A stretch of 64,000 nt of DNA from Octopus vulgaris (GCA_951406725.2 OX597828.1:56544001-56608000), one strand, 5' to 3'. Numbered from the stretch's first letter, positions 1 through 11,675 are shown. Numbers and translations: made by a program. The notes: generated from the letters alone by a model not told the origin.

Positions 1-32
1 AAGAGCATGGGAAATGTGCTGTTGATAGCCAT
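1..32 (-). CDS. possible N-terminus of a host gene running off the left edge (MAINSTFPML...)
   Basis: Minus-strand ATG at 32 in gatATGG context, an in-frame TAA 12 codons upstream, a candidate acceptor ttttgccacag near 134-144, and an N-S-T sequon. Only 10 codons are visible. Confidence 0.2.
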   Translation of the reverse strand, partial: MAINSTFPML

Positions 33-1694
33 ATCAGCGCCGATAGCGGTGAGCAGGGATATATATTAGAGACTGTTTAGAATGCTGCAATTATATTAAT
101 ATGAAAGGGTTAATGTTTGAATTATGTATCAATCTGTGGCAAAATCTTGTTTCGAATATATTCTATTAAACTTCTTCAAAATGATTCAAATAAGTAATTA
201 GTAAACTTGTAATTTGCGTCCACATTGCAAAAGTTTTCAATAGAAATATTTTTCATTATGTAGGTATATCGTAAAGGATATATAAAATATCATTAATTAT
301 GGCCCAACTGAAATTATTTCAAACTTTCCCATTTCCTCATTATTATCTGAAACACAAATAATTTTGAAACGACAGTCGGGAATTGAAATTCATGTTTTGC
401 TATCATTCTTGTTAGTCATGGTCGATCTGAAACGATATTTATTTGTTCATCAATTCCCAAGCAAATGTACCTTCTAATTCAAATATCCCCTATTATTCTT
501 CCGTGATAAATTACGTATTAAATAGAGTAAGAAATTATTACTTAATATGTCATATTTGTGATGTATAAATCCCAAAATGTTTGCTTGGCCTTTCATACAA
601 AGTTATGACTTGTGAAATAAGTTTACAAGGAGAACAATAAAGCGCTGGGATGATAAGCAGCAGATTCAGGCATACAATTATTACAACTAAATTTAATCAA
701 TTTTAAGTGATACTGTCCATAACAAAAATAAAATCTTTAACAAACACCACTGAAATATAGAAGGGGAACTAGAATAATCTGTTTGGTATTTCGTAGATAT
801 TGAATATGTTTTCAATATATATCCCTTTCGTTTGTATACATCCGGTACAAATTGAATTTAAAAATTCTGACTTTCAAATTGTTTCTATGTTAAAGTGTGA
901 GTTAAAATATGAAAAACTTTCAGTGGATTCATTTTCAAAATGCTTGTATATACTTGTGTATATGAATATATACGGGTGGTCTTCGAAATTACGTGACGTT
1001 ATGTGAGAAACCTCGGTTTTTCAATATGCCACTTCACATTTAACAATGGGTTTAATTTAAAGTTGCTATAATGTTCGGTGTTAGAAAGTTTCTCTATGCC
1101 ACATGTCATAAATAGATATTGACGAAGTTGATGATGCAGGCAATGCAACTTGTGCGATTAGATATATCATAAATATAAAGTATTTGCTTCTCATTCATTA
1201 AAAAGTATTGTGACTCGTAATTGTATAGTATTCATGTTAGACATTCAAACAGATTTTTCCACCGTTTTTTTTATTCATATACAGATTGTTATTTCTGTGT
1301 GGGGACGCTAAACTGTAAATACAAAACATTGATTCACAGTGTCTGCAATTTCTTATCTGTGTTATTTCATATGCAAATAGCTGTAAATGACTAAGTCCAT
1401 TCCATTTATAAATTAGGTATATTAAATAATCAGTTTCACTAATTATATTGCTTCATCCACTTGCTTGATTAATTCACATACAAAGTGTAGAGTGAAAGAG
1501 GTTTTTACAAGAAGACGTCACCCAAATCAAACTTGGCCTGACTTATCTCATTTAAAAATATTGTTGATTATATTTCAATCTAATTAAAACTATTAGCCTA
1601 CAAATACAGGAAAAATATTGTGAATTGTGTTTATTTCATGGAAACTAGTGGTGAATTTGGAAATAGATTTCGTTTTATATATTTTAAAAATAAA

Positions 1695-1895
1695 AGGTGG
1701 CGAGCTGGCAGAAACGTTAGCACGCCGGACGAAATGCGTAGCCGTATTTCGTCTGCCGTAACGTTCTGAGTTCAAATTCCGCCGGGGTTGACTTTTCCTT
1801 TCATCCTTTCGGGATCGATGAATTAATTACCAGTTACGCACTGGGGTCGATGTGATAGACGTAATCCGTTTGTATGTCCTTGTTTGTCCCCTCTG
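1695..1895 (+). mobile_element. tRNA-derived SINE, family A (GGCGAGCTGGCAGAA head)
   Basis: B-box gagttcaaattcc and body cctttcatcctttcgggatcgat; near-identical copies at ~8055, ~11360 and ~29058. Confidence 0.85.
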
Positions 1896-2210
1896 TGGTC
1901 ATTTTGCCAGTTTAGCATTTCCTCCCACACTCACTAACTAAACATAGACACACATAGAAGTATACGCATGCGCAAATGAAGATACATACAAGAGGAATAC
2001 AAAATACAAAATGGCTGAACGTTAGTAAGGTGAAACACACAAATAAGAAAGAAAAAGCAAAGGACCACTGATGAGATCACAGGAGTGTGACAAAAGAACT
2101 CTAGCCGAAATAAGATTAAGATTAATGTAAAAAAATAAATAACGCTGAAGCAAAGTAACACCAAATATATACTGCGTGTGTTTTTATTGGCTAAACTGGC
2201 AAAATAACCA
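1896..2210. mobile_element. short element with 21-bp terminal inverted repeats and a decayed hammerhead-like core
   Basis: tggtcattttgccagtttagc (1896-1916) vs gctaaactggcaaaataacca (2190-2210), one mismatch. Internal CTGATGA-gatcac-aggagt-gtgac-aaaa at 2068-2095. Confidence 0.45.
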
Positions 2211-2219
2211 TTCCTAAAT

Positions 2220-2330
<111 letters not shown>

Positions 2331-2684
2331 TATAACCTATGTATGTGAGTGTGTCTTTCTACATATGCTTCGTTCTGATTTTTTTGTTTTGTTAGATAAA
2401 CGACACGTTATAAACACTACGCTTCAGTTAATTTAGTAATCACATGATTATACCTATTGCTATGTTGGTCCCCTTTAATGCAGACATACCTTCTATTTAG
2501 TGACGCCCATTAAAGTGTCATGTTCCGCTGAAGTACGGAAGCGCTGCTATCTTATTAAATTTCACCGAATTTTAATGCCGAGAAGCATTATTTTCTATTA
2601 GCACACACAAAAAAAAAAGAAAAAGAAAATTGACCCAGATTTGATTCTGTCTGATTTTATCTTTGGCTTCGTTTCTCTCATCCT

Positions 2685-2757
2685 GCATATATATATATGC
2701 ATATAAGTATATATACACATATATGCATATATGCATATATATATACGTACAGATATA

Positions 2758-2794
<37 letters not shown>

Positions 2795-2957
2795 GACATA
2801 TAAGTATATATACACATATATGCATATATGCATATATATATACGTACAGATATATAAATATATATATATATTTATATATGTGTATGTATCTATATATGTA
2901 TGTATCTATATGCATATATATATACGTACAGATATATAAATATATATATATATATAT
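2685..2957. repeat. compound TA-rich repeat with three copies of tgcatatatatatacgtacagatatataa
   Basis: Seen directly; it is the left flank of the LINE. Confidence 0.85.
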
Positions 2958-2986
2958 TAGTAACAAAATATATAAATATATATATT

Positions 2987-3511
2987 AATAACAAAAACTT
3001 AAAGAAACATAGGAAGCAGAATGCGCCCCCCACGGCACAAACAAGAAATCCCCAAATATGCCGCTATTCACTGCGCCAGAGACTCTGCACAAATAGTGAC
3101 TGCATCTTCACGCATCTACCCGGCACTAGACGCACTACTGGCCAAGGCCAAAGCACGCATCCCACAATAACATCAACACCACCAAATAGTAAATCGAAAT
3201 TCAAAACACACACAACTCGGAGTCCCAAAATCTGCCGGTATTCCCAACGTGAGAGAACATGTCTACTGAGTGACTGTCCCTTCACTCATCTTCCAGGGAC
3301 CCGACGCACAAACAGAAACGGGGCCTCAAGCCAACACACAAACCTGAATAACAATAAAAATAGAAACACACCATGCTGCAGTAATGCTGGTCCAGTCTTT
3401 TCAGGAAGACACAAAAACAACAACAACAAAAGTGGAAACTACAACCCTATCCAACAGTGCAACCACACCTCCAGCCAAAAACTGCTCCCTAAGCAGGAAA
3501 ATTTTTTTTAG
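2987..3511 (+). CDS. LINE ORF1 (partial) with two C-X8-C-X4-C-X3-H zinc fingers
   Basis: CRYSLRQRLCTNSDCIFTH (3059-3115) and CRYSQRERTCLLSDCPFTH (3233-3289), each followed by LPGTRRT. The track's ATG at 2900 lies in microsatellite. Confidence 0.7.
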   Translation, partial: NNKNLKKHRKQNAPPTAQTRNPQICRYSLRQRLCTNSDCIFTHLPGTRRTTGQGQSTHPTITSTPPNSKSKFKTHTTRSPKICRYSQRERTCLLSDCPFTHLPGTRRTNRNGASSQHTNLNNNKNRNTPCCSNAGPVFSGRHKNNNNKSGNYNPIQQCNHTSSQKLLPKQENFF

Positions 3512-6500
3512 CCATGTTGAACATGGCAAAAGAGATACACAAAAACATTCTAGCCATCACTCAACACCATCCTATGCTATTACCCCAGTGCACCAATTCC
3601 CCACATTGCTGCCACTAACACACACAAAAAATCCAAGCCCCCTGCAACAGTCAAAACCAGCCACTACACTAACCTCCACATTCCTACTCAATGCACAAGG
3701 TGTCAGCCCTTCCATCAATGCACAAAAATGGAAGGTCCAATTCATTGAAGACTGGGTTGGTAACTATTCACACCACATCCCTTTCTTCATTCTCACTGAG
3801 ACCCACCTTGACAACTCCCACTTGGAAGCCGAAGTGAGAGTGAAGAATTTCACAACCATCCGCGCGGATCGTATCGGCAGGAGGAAGGGTAGAACTGCCA
3901 TTTTCCTGCATGATTCATTTACGGCAGATGGAAATAGTATATTCTCCAATGGCTACTGTGAATCAGTCACCGTGCACAACAAAGCCAATGACCTGACAGT
4001 AATTGGGCTCTATAGGCCGCCCCAAACACCCATACTGTGCTTTAAAGAATGCCTCAACAGCATTAAGTGCTTTATTCAACAGTGCCATTCTAGCAACATA
4101 CTCATGATGGGAGACTTCAATCTACCCTGTGTTGACTGGACTACAAACTGTTTGAAACCAAGCACTCCCGCCTCAACCGCTGACAAAGAAGCAGCAGAGT
4201 CACTTTTCGACTTTACGAATGAGTTTTTCTTGTCCCAACTTGTCCTTGCACCAACAAGACATCAGAACATTTTGGACCTAGTGTTTAGTAACCACACTAA
4301 CACTATACATAACGTTACAGTGGAAAAAACCCTTCTTTCAGACCATGACATGGTTCTCTGTAACATGAAATTCCACCAGCCGAAAGCTAATCCTAGTGAC
4401 CTTCCTCCAGCTCACCCATTTGACAACATGGATCTCCATAAAGCCAACTGGGATGCAATCAGGAACGAGCTATCAAATGTTGACTGGTCCTTTACACATA
4501 CACACATCTCCACCAACCATAAAACATCTTGGCAGATCTTTGTAGACACCGTCACAGACATATGTGCAAAACACTCCCCACCAAGACCTGTGAACAAAAA
4601 GTGCAGAATCCCCCAAAACAGAAAAACCATTATCAGAAAAATAAAAAGAACAAACAAAAAAATTAACAAACTAAAGTACTGCCAACAGCAACACACACAT
4701 TCGACGGCTATCGCACTGCTTGAATCCAAAAAATATAACCTCCAACAATGCATGAAGACCCTCATCAATAACCAAAGATCAGCTGAGGAGAAGTGGGCCA
4801 TTGAAAAAATCAAACTCAACCCCAAAGTGTTCTTTTCATTTGCGAGGAAACGCAGGGTCACTGTCTCCACTGTAGGCCCTCTAATTGACGAAACTGGCAC
4901 TCTCCTAGATAATGCCAAATCCATGGCCGAGATACTGCAGAAACAATACTGCTCTGTTTTCAGCAATCCTGATATGGCCGATCTGGGCTGTATCAGTGAT
5001 GTCAACCCCCAACACACTATATCGGACATAACGTTTAGTGCCCCTGATGTCTTAGCGGCGATAAACGAAATAAAACACAATTCAGCAGTAGGCCCCGATA
5101 GGTTCCCTGCTTGTGTCCTGAAGGTGTGTCGACACCAACTTGCATCTCCCCTTGCTAATCTGTGGAGAAACTCACTGGATGCTGGCTATATTCCAAAAAA
5201 CCTTCTGTCCCAGTCTGTTGTCCCAGTTTTCAAAAAGGGAAACAAGTCCCTTGCAGTGAATTACCGTCCGATCTCACTCACCTCTCATATCATCAAGGTA
5301 TTTGAGAGGGTGGTGAGATCTCGAATAACCCAATTTCTGGAAAGCAACAGACGGCTGATCTCCAACCAACATGGGTTCCGTAATGGAAGGGACTGCCTAA
5401 CGCAGCTCCTGCATCACTTTGAGGACATTTTGAGAGCTTTGGGAGAGGGCTCCAACACCGATGTCATCTACCTTGATTTCAGTAAGGCCTTCGACAGGGT
5501 CGATCACAAGATCCTATTGAAAAAACTATCCAACATTGGTGTCTCTGGAAAGTTACTGAAATGGATTAAGTGTTTCCTGACAGACAGATCTCAACATGTT
5601 GTAGTTGAAGGGGTAAAATCAAGCCCAGCCAAAGTCAGTAGTGGCGTTCCGCAAGGCACTGTGCTGGGCCCACTTCTTTTCATCATTTACATTAATGACA
5701 TTAATGACATCATCAAGCACAGCAACATAAAAATCTTTGCAGATGACTCCAAGCTACAGAAGGTCATAAATGAGGCGAGTGACCGGACATGCCTTCAGTC
5801 AGATCTACTGGCTGTTATCCAATGGGCAGAAAAAAACAATATGCTGCTGAACGAGGATAAATTTGAGCTAATCCACTTTGGAAAAGAGGATGCCCTGAAA
5901 CTCCCATACTCCCTTCCTTCAGGTGAAACTCTCGCGGCGTCCAACAACATCAGAGACTTGGGAGTAATTGTGGACAACAACGTAAGCTGGGCCACTCATA
6001 TAAACACCAAAGTTGACATGGCCCGCAGAATGTGTTCCTGGATTCTCAGAACTTTCCAGTCGAGAGATATCCACACCATTATCCTTCTCTTCTCCACTTT
6101 TGCCCGACCCCACCTTGAATACTGTTGTCCACTGTGGTCTCCCCACACAATACAAGGTATCATAAAAGTTGAAGCACCTCAAAGGGCAATCACAAAAAAG
6201 ATAGATGGCATGACAGGCCTCGACTATTGGGGTCGGCTAGAAAAGCTAAAACTCTATTCTCTCCAACGTCGTCGTGAGCGCTACATCATCTGCATGATGT
6301 GGAAAATATTCCATCAGCATTGCCCAAATGATGTTGGCATCACCTTTAAGGTACATCCAAGGCTTGGGCCCCGTGCCATCCGCCCAAAACAAAAATCGCA
6401 CTCTCATCTCATAACAACAATACGGCACAATTATTTCACCTCAATTGGCCCCGCTCTCTTTAACATTACACCAAAACACATTAAAACAGAAACTGACCCT

Positions 6501-6623
6501 ATAGGGTTCAAGAAGTCTTTGGACAGATTCCTTCAAGAAATCCCGGATAAACCCCCTACACCCGGATATGTCTCTGTAAACAATAACTCTCTACTTGAGT
6601 GGGCCATAGTGCCCAAATTCTGA
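3384..6623 (+). CDS. LINE ORF2: apurinic-type endonuclease + reverse transcriptase (true start uncertain)
   Basis: APE motifs LNAQG, LTETHL, YRPP, MGDFN, LDLVF, SDH. RT motifs YRPISLTS, QHGFR, YLDFSKAFDRVDH, GVPQGTVLGP, FADD, RDLGV, RPHLEY. No stops over 1079 codons. Confidence 0.95.
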   Translation: MLVQSFQEDTKTTTTKVETTTLSNSATTPPAKNCSLSRKIFFSHVEHGKRDTQKHSSHHSTPSYAITPVHQFPTLLPLTHTKNPSPLQQSKPATTLTSTFLLNAQGVSPSINAQKWKVQFIEDWVGNYSHHIPFFILTETHLDNSHLEAEVRVKNFTTIRADRIGRRKGRTAIFLHDSFTADGNSIFSNGYCESVTVHNKANDLTVIGLYRPPQTPILCFKECLNSIKCFIQQCHSSNILMMGDFNLPCVDWTTNCLKPSTPASTADKEAAESLFDFTNEFFLSQLVLAPTRHQNILDLVFSNHTNTIHNVTVEKTLLSDHDMVLCNMKFHQPKANPSDLPPAHPFDNMDLHKANWDAIRNELSNVDWSFTHTHISTNHKTSWQIFVDTVTDICAKHSPPRPVNKKCRIPQNRKTIIRKIKRTNKKINKLKYCQQQHTHSTAIALLESKKYNLQQCMKTLINNQRSAEEKWAIEKIKLNPKVFFSFARKRRVTVSTVGPLIDETGTLLDNAKSMAEILQKQYCSVFSNPDMADLGCISDVNPQHTISDITFSAPDVLAAINEIKHNSAVGPDRFPACVLKVCRHQLASPLANLWRNSLDAGYIPKNLLSQSVVPVFKKGNKSLAVNYRPISLTSHIIKVFERVVRSRITQFLESNRRLISNQHGFRNGRDCLTQLLHHFEDILRALGEGSNTDVIYLDFSKAFDRVDHKILLKKLSNIGVSGKLLKWIKCFLTDRSQHVVVEGVKSSPAKVSSGVPQGTVLGPLLFIIYINDINDIIKHSNIKIFADDSKLQKVINEASDRTCLQSDLLAVIQWAEKNNMLLNEDKFELIHFGKEDALKLPYSLPSGETLAASNNIRDLGVIVDNNVSWATHINTKVDMARRMCSWILRTFQSRDIHTIILLFSTFARPHLEYCCPLWSPHTIQGIIKVEAPQRAITKKIDGMTGLDYWGRLEKLKLYSLQRRRERYIICMMWKIFHQHCPNDVGITFKVHPRLGPRAIRPKQKSHSHLITTIRHNYFTSIGPALFNITPKHIKTETDPIGFKKSLDRFLQEIPDKPPTPGYVSVNNNSLLEWAIVPKF

Positions 6624-6714
6624 CTTGAAAGACTTCACCAGGTGGCGCTATTAAGTTAGACATGGCCTGGGCCAATAATGGCCGAAACCTATCAAAGTAT
6701 CAAAGTATCAAAGT

Positions 6715-6753
6715 ATATTTATATATACGTATGTATCTATATATGTATGTATC

Positions 6754-6818
<65 letters not shown>

Positions 6819-6847
6819 GTATATATGTATGTATCTATATGTATATA

Positions 6848-6892
<45 letters not shown>

Positions 6893-6906
6893 GTATGTAT
6901 GTATGT
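6715..6906. repeat. TA/TATG compound microsatellite
   Basis: Seen directly. Confidence 0.9.
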
Positions 6907-7687
6907 AATAAGAACAGTGTTGTCGTGGTTTCATAGTTGTAGTATTTCGAGTGAAACGTGCCAGCTTGCAAGGCACAAAGCGGCACGCTTTCTCACACAT
7001 ATGCACGTGCTCATACACGCGCACGCACACGCACAACGCGCGCGCACACACATATGTACCTTTGCACTTCACAACAAGCCGAGATTAATTTTTTAAATTA
7101 ATCATTAATACCACAGACCTACTATCTACCGTGCCAACGAATTGAAAGAAGATATTTGTTTTGTGTTGGGAATGTCATTTTGCTAATATTAAATACCCGT
7201 GTTGGTCCTGTTTCTCTTCTTTTTTTATTATCTAACTAGTTAAACGTATATCTAAATGACTAATTCTTTGTTTGACTAAATCTTTGGCTAGTTTTATAAC
7301 AATAATGGAAGAAGTGATGTCAAGAATTTAGAATCTTCGCTGACAAAATGAAATAATTCCTGTTTGGAGTTATGGATCTCGAAGCAAATAAACCATTAAT
7401 ATAGCATTATTTATAGCTTTGTGCACCTGAAAATAAATGTTTCAAAGCCAAAAAGAAAGCGACTATAAAAGAAGCAAAATAAAAACAGTACGGGAGTTTA
7501 TTATTGTTATATTTGGCGTAGTGACACTCCCAATACACAGCAACGTGGAAATGATGCGCATACTGAAATAACCAGAATAGGTTTAAAGAATTAACGATTC
7601 TATCATTGTGGAAAGCAAACATGGTACAAGTCTACTCTCAAGAACAGATATGGTCAGGCCAATCAGAAGATTATTCTAATCTCATTA

Positions 7688-7713
7688 CAACAACAGCAAC
7701 AACAACAAAAAAA

Positions 7714-7772
<59 letters not shown>

Positions 7773-7959
7773 AACTACTACAACTACTACAACTAGCACA
7801 ACAACCATTGTTACTACCACTATTACTACTACTATACTACTGCTGCTGCTGCTGTTTCTCCTGCTGCAAAAAGCGCTTGTTAGTTTGCTACCGTTATTAT
7901 TTCCCCACTGCTGCCTCTGCTGCCACTGTGACTGCTACAACTAGGACATCAACTACTAC

Positions 7960-8010
<51 letters not shown>
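7688..8010. repeat. compound (CAA)/(CTA)/(CTG) trinucleotide repeat
   Basis: Seen directly; it explains the poly-Thr/Leu/Val ORFs. Confidence 0.9.
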
Positions 8011-8054
8011 AAAGCTACTCTTGATATATTTACTTCTATTATTATGATTATTAA

Positions 8055-8263
8055 GGCGGCGAGTTGGCAGAACCGTTGTTGCGCTGTACGAAATCGTATG
8101 CCACATTTCGTCTGCCGTTACGTTCCGTGTTCAAATTCCGCCGAGATCGAGTTTGCCTTTTCTCTTTTCGGGGTCGATAAAATTAGTACCAGTTACGCAC
8201 TGGAGTAGATCTAATCAAGAAATCCCCACATTGCCGAGGCTGCCCTTATGGCAAAAATTTGAA
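8055..8263 (+). mobile_element. SINE family A
   Basis: ggcggcgagttggcagaa head, gtgttcaaattcc B-box, ggggtcgataaaattagtaccag body. Confidence 0.8.
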
Positions 8264-8329
8264 GTAATAATCATCATTATTGCGATAGTCAGGGAAAAGT
8301 GTGCTGAGCGTCGTAGTCTGCTGTTATCG

Positions 8330-9054
8330 CACTGCCACATGGGCCATCTTTGTTTTTCAGTACTTCATCTCTTTTCGTCGAAGGAATAGCCTGCTTTGAT
8401 CAAATTCTTTTTTCTGCTAGAGAAACAATTTTCATGCTTCAAACAACTTACATGTCCGTTACCAGGAACAAAACACAAGTTTGCAAGTGCTTTAGAGATG
8501 GTCACTTGTCGCTTGATAACCAAGCACGTTCAGTGCGAGAGTCAATGACGCGAACAAATAAAAAACATCATTAAACTTCATGAACTAATCTAGAAGGAGA
8601 ATCACCGAACAATTGATGATCTTGGGGATATGACTGGTGCGTCCTGCGGCTCCTGCCAAAGAATTATGAGTGAGGAGTTGATAATTAAAAGAATTACAGC
8701 AAAATTTGTGCCTCGTTTGCTCACGTAAATTCAAAAGCAGTCGCGACTGAATGTCTGTCGTAAACCGAAAAAAACCCAGTTGAAATTGATCTCGATCTTT
8801 TTTCAAAGGTCTTCATTGGTGACGAAAGCCGGTGCTACGGAATTTACAGATGTAGAAGGGGTGAAGAAAAACAGACGGAGGGGTTAAAATCCATCACTTA
8901 GCAAGAGTTCCATCAATACTCAAGAGTTCCAACAGTTGCAAATGCGTATGGACCGATACATTGCTTCAAATAATGTTGATAAAAGTGTAAAATGTAATAC
9001 TAAGTTAATAAAATAATACTGCAAAAGTTGGGTTTCTTTTCGGTACCCCTTCGT
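8330..9054 (+). pseudogene. decayed mariner-type transposon
   Basis: Remnants KFVPRLL (WVPxxL motif, ~8700) and GDESRCYG (first catalytic D, ~8818). Ends in a ...ccccttcgta TIR-like end. Confidence 0.65.
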
Positions 9055-9403
9055 ACAATAAGAACTAGTTATAGCATACTCACGAGATATAACAATGGAG
9101 TTATAAATGATCGTACTTAATAGTCAACTGAGGAAGGATTTCAACCAAGCAGAAGACAAGAGCATCAACGGTGAAAAGAAACAGTTTGAGTATTCAACGC
9201 CCGCTCGTATGGAACATGTACGTCCTTTCGACTGATTTGGAGTACCTATGTCATAGATTTCTTACTCTACACTCGGATTACGTTACCTTTAAATTCCTAA
9301 TGTACATGCACTTTATTGATTTAAAATAAAGTTTTTTATAGTATATATTTTCTATGGTGTGAATAACATCTTTTGTTTAATAGTGTTTTTTCTGTAAATT
9401 ATA

Positions 9404-9443
<40 letters not shown>

Positions 9444-9835
9444 GGCACAAGCGTGGTAGTCTGATAAGAGGTTTACTTCCCCCGCTCATGGTTCCAGGTT
9501 CAGTCTGAGTGCGAAGGACGTTGGGCAAGTGTCTTCTACCACAGGCTCGGGTCTACCAACAAAGGCTTGTGAGTAGATTTAGTCGATTGAGACGGAAAGA
9601 GCTCACCCGTATATGCGTGTGTGCACGCACGCGCGAGCGTGTGTGCGTGTCTCCGTGTTTGTCCCATATCACCGCTGGACAACCAGTGTTGGTGTGTAGA
9701 CGACCACGTAACTTAGCAATGCAGCTAAACAAACAGATATAATGAGCACTAGACTTCAAAAATAGGTCCTGGTGTCCATTTGTTCGCCTAAAACCCTTCA
9801 TGGCGGTGCTCTGGCTGTACCAAAACGTCTCAGGG
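9444..9835 (+). mobile_element. composite SINE: family B (CORE-like ttgggcaagtgtcttctac) + microsatellite + family C tail
   Basis: Matches copies at 12760-12917, 47515-47655 and 47955-48128. Confidence 0.7.
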
Positions 9836-10573
9836 TTAAAAGTTATCACTTTTTTATAGAAAGAAAAAAAAATTGCCAAATATAAATATTAACAATATAG
9901 CTGATGGAAAGTGCAGCAAAGTAACGTTCCGCGTACAAACAGCTCACGAGATAATAGTCTTTCACACGGGTAATATTCTGAGTAAAAAAAAAAAAAAAAA
10001 CTTCCGTGAACTGAGTTCATCTACTTTGTTCATCAAACAGTCACGTGGACAATCTTACATTTCTTTCTATCGTAATGATGATGTCCAAAACTAACCCCAC
10101 TAGATTTACAAGAAATTTGAAGCGACCATGATAACAGCCAATATGAAAGAAAGGAAGAAAAATGTTTCCAGTATATAGCCAAATAAAAGGACGTGTTTAT
10201 AATTACAATGGATTGACCTTTCCAGCCATGCAAAAGTTTTTAACAATAATTTAACAATAGTTTGTTTGTAGAGCGTTGCTTGAAATAGTATTCGTTACCT
10301 TTGAGTTGTGTATATATTGAGAAGGAGAGTAGAAAGGGATACATCTGACAGCGATTATTTGCAACCAAAGAAATGTCATGCAATGTTTAAAGATATCCGC
10401 AAAATCGTCAAATAAGCAAGAAGTTTTGGTATAGAAATTTAAATTGGCAAATGTTATTTATGTGTAAATAAGCATAAAGAAGACTATGTTACGTGGCATG
10501 TTTAACTGAAGCCTTTATACACAGTAACCATTCTACATATATACTCTTATAATCAAATATGCGACACCACCCC

Positions 10574-10605
<32 letters not shown>

Positions 10606-10607
<2 letters not shown>

Positions 10608-10855
10608 TGCGCCCTTTTAAAGCTTAGCCAGGCTCATGGGCCCAGTTTCCCGGTTTCAATGGTGGACCTGTTCTCCAGCTGGACGAGACGCCAGGACATC
10701 GCAGCGTTACTTATTTTTGCAAACTGAGTGAACTGGAGCAACGTGAAATGAAGTGTTTTGCTGAAGAACACAACGCGTCACACGGTCCAAGAATCGAAAC
10801 CACAATCTTACGATCATAATGCTGCCACCCAAACGACTAAGCCACGCGTCTCCAC
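10606..10855 (-). mobile_element. tRNA-derived CORE-like SINE, family E
   Basis: Reverse complement matches 60095-60345: A-box tggcttagt, B-box ggtttcgatt, body aaaacacttcatttcacgttgctccag. Confidence 0.8.
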
Positions 10856-10881
10856 ACACACGCACACACACACATACAGAA

Positions 10882-10913
<32 letters not shown>

Positions 10914-10925
10914 TTCACCCTCATT

Positions 10926-10983
<58 letters not shown>

Positions 10984-11004
10984 TACACACATAATTTCTT
11001 GTAT

Positions 11005-11170
11005 TCATTTTAGTCATGTTGCAACATCGCCGTAAAGAACTTTTTTAGTCGAATGAATCAACCAAATAATTATTATTTTTAAGCCTGGTACTTATTGGAT
11101 CAATCTCTGACCTCGGACCGCTAAGTTACCGGAGTGTAATCATAATATCGCCGGATCTCAAGTTGTAGTG
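11005..11170 (-). mobile_element. SINE family C tail, decayed
   Basis: aagcctggtacttatt...ccgctaagttac, reverse complement of 47990-48050. Confidence 0.6.
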
Positions 11171-11304
11171 TGAGTCAAACACAAAGGCAAACACACGCGT
11201 GCACACACACATGCACACACACACAAGCACATACAGACACACACACATATGTGTGTGTGTTGATATATATATATATATATACACATGATGTGCTTTTTTT
11301 ACAT

Positions 11305-11675
11305 TTACGTCTGTCGAGTCCACTCACAAGGCTTTCGTGTGCGCGAGGCTATGGTAGATGACGAGCTGGCAGAAACGTTAGCACGTCGGGCGAAATGCGT
11401 AGCCGTATTTCGGCTGCCGTTACGTTCTGAGCTCAAATTCCGTCGAGGTCGACTTTGCCTTTCATCCTTTCGGGGTCGATAAATTAAGTACCAGTTACGC
11501 ACTGGGATCGATGTAATCGACTTAATACCTTTGCCTGTCCTTGTTTGTCCCCTCTATGTTTAGCCCCTTGTGGGTAATAAAGAAATATATATAGTAGATG
11601 ACCCTCGCCCAAGGCGTCACGCTGTGGGAACGAACTTTGAAAAATGTGGTTGGGAAACAAGCTCCTTACCACACA
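11305..11675 (-). mobile_element. SINE family B interrupted by a family A SINE
   Basis: Two halves: ccactcacaaggctt...gaggctatggtaga and atagtagatgaccctcgcccaagg...ttaccacacag. Confidence 0.7.
11360..11586 (+). mobile_element. SINE family A, full length
   Basis: Very close to 1695-1895; ends gggtaataaagaaat; flanked by tatggtagatg / tatagtagatg. Confidence 0.85.

Larger units (their letters stand above)
2985..6714 (+). mobile_element. CR1/L2-group non-LTR retrotransposon, probably 5'-truncated within ORF1, ORF2 intact
   Basis: ORF1 remnant, APE-RT ORF2, short 3' UTR with stem-loop ggcca-ataa-tggcc (6670-6683) and tail (ATCAAAGT)x3 at 6691-6714. Flanked by TA-rich repeats. Confidence 0.92.

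Noticed and set aside
4412-5080. 222-aa minus-strand ORF, and other antisense ORFs within the LINE
   Set aside because: Antisense shadows of ORF2 with no recognisable motifs.
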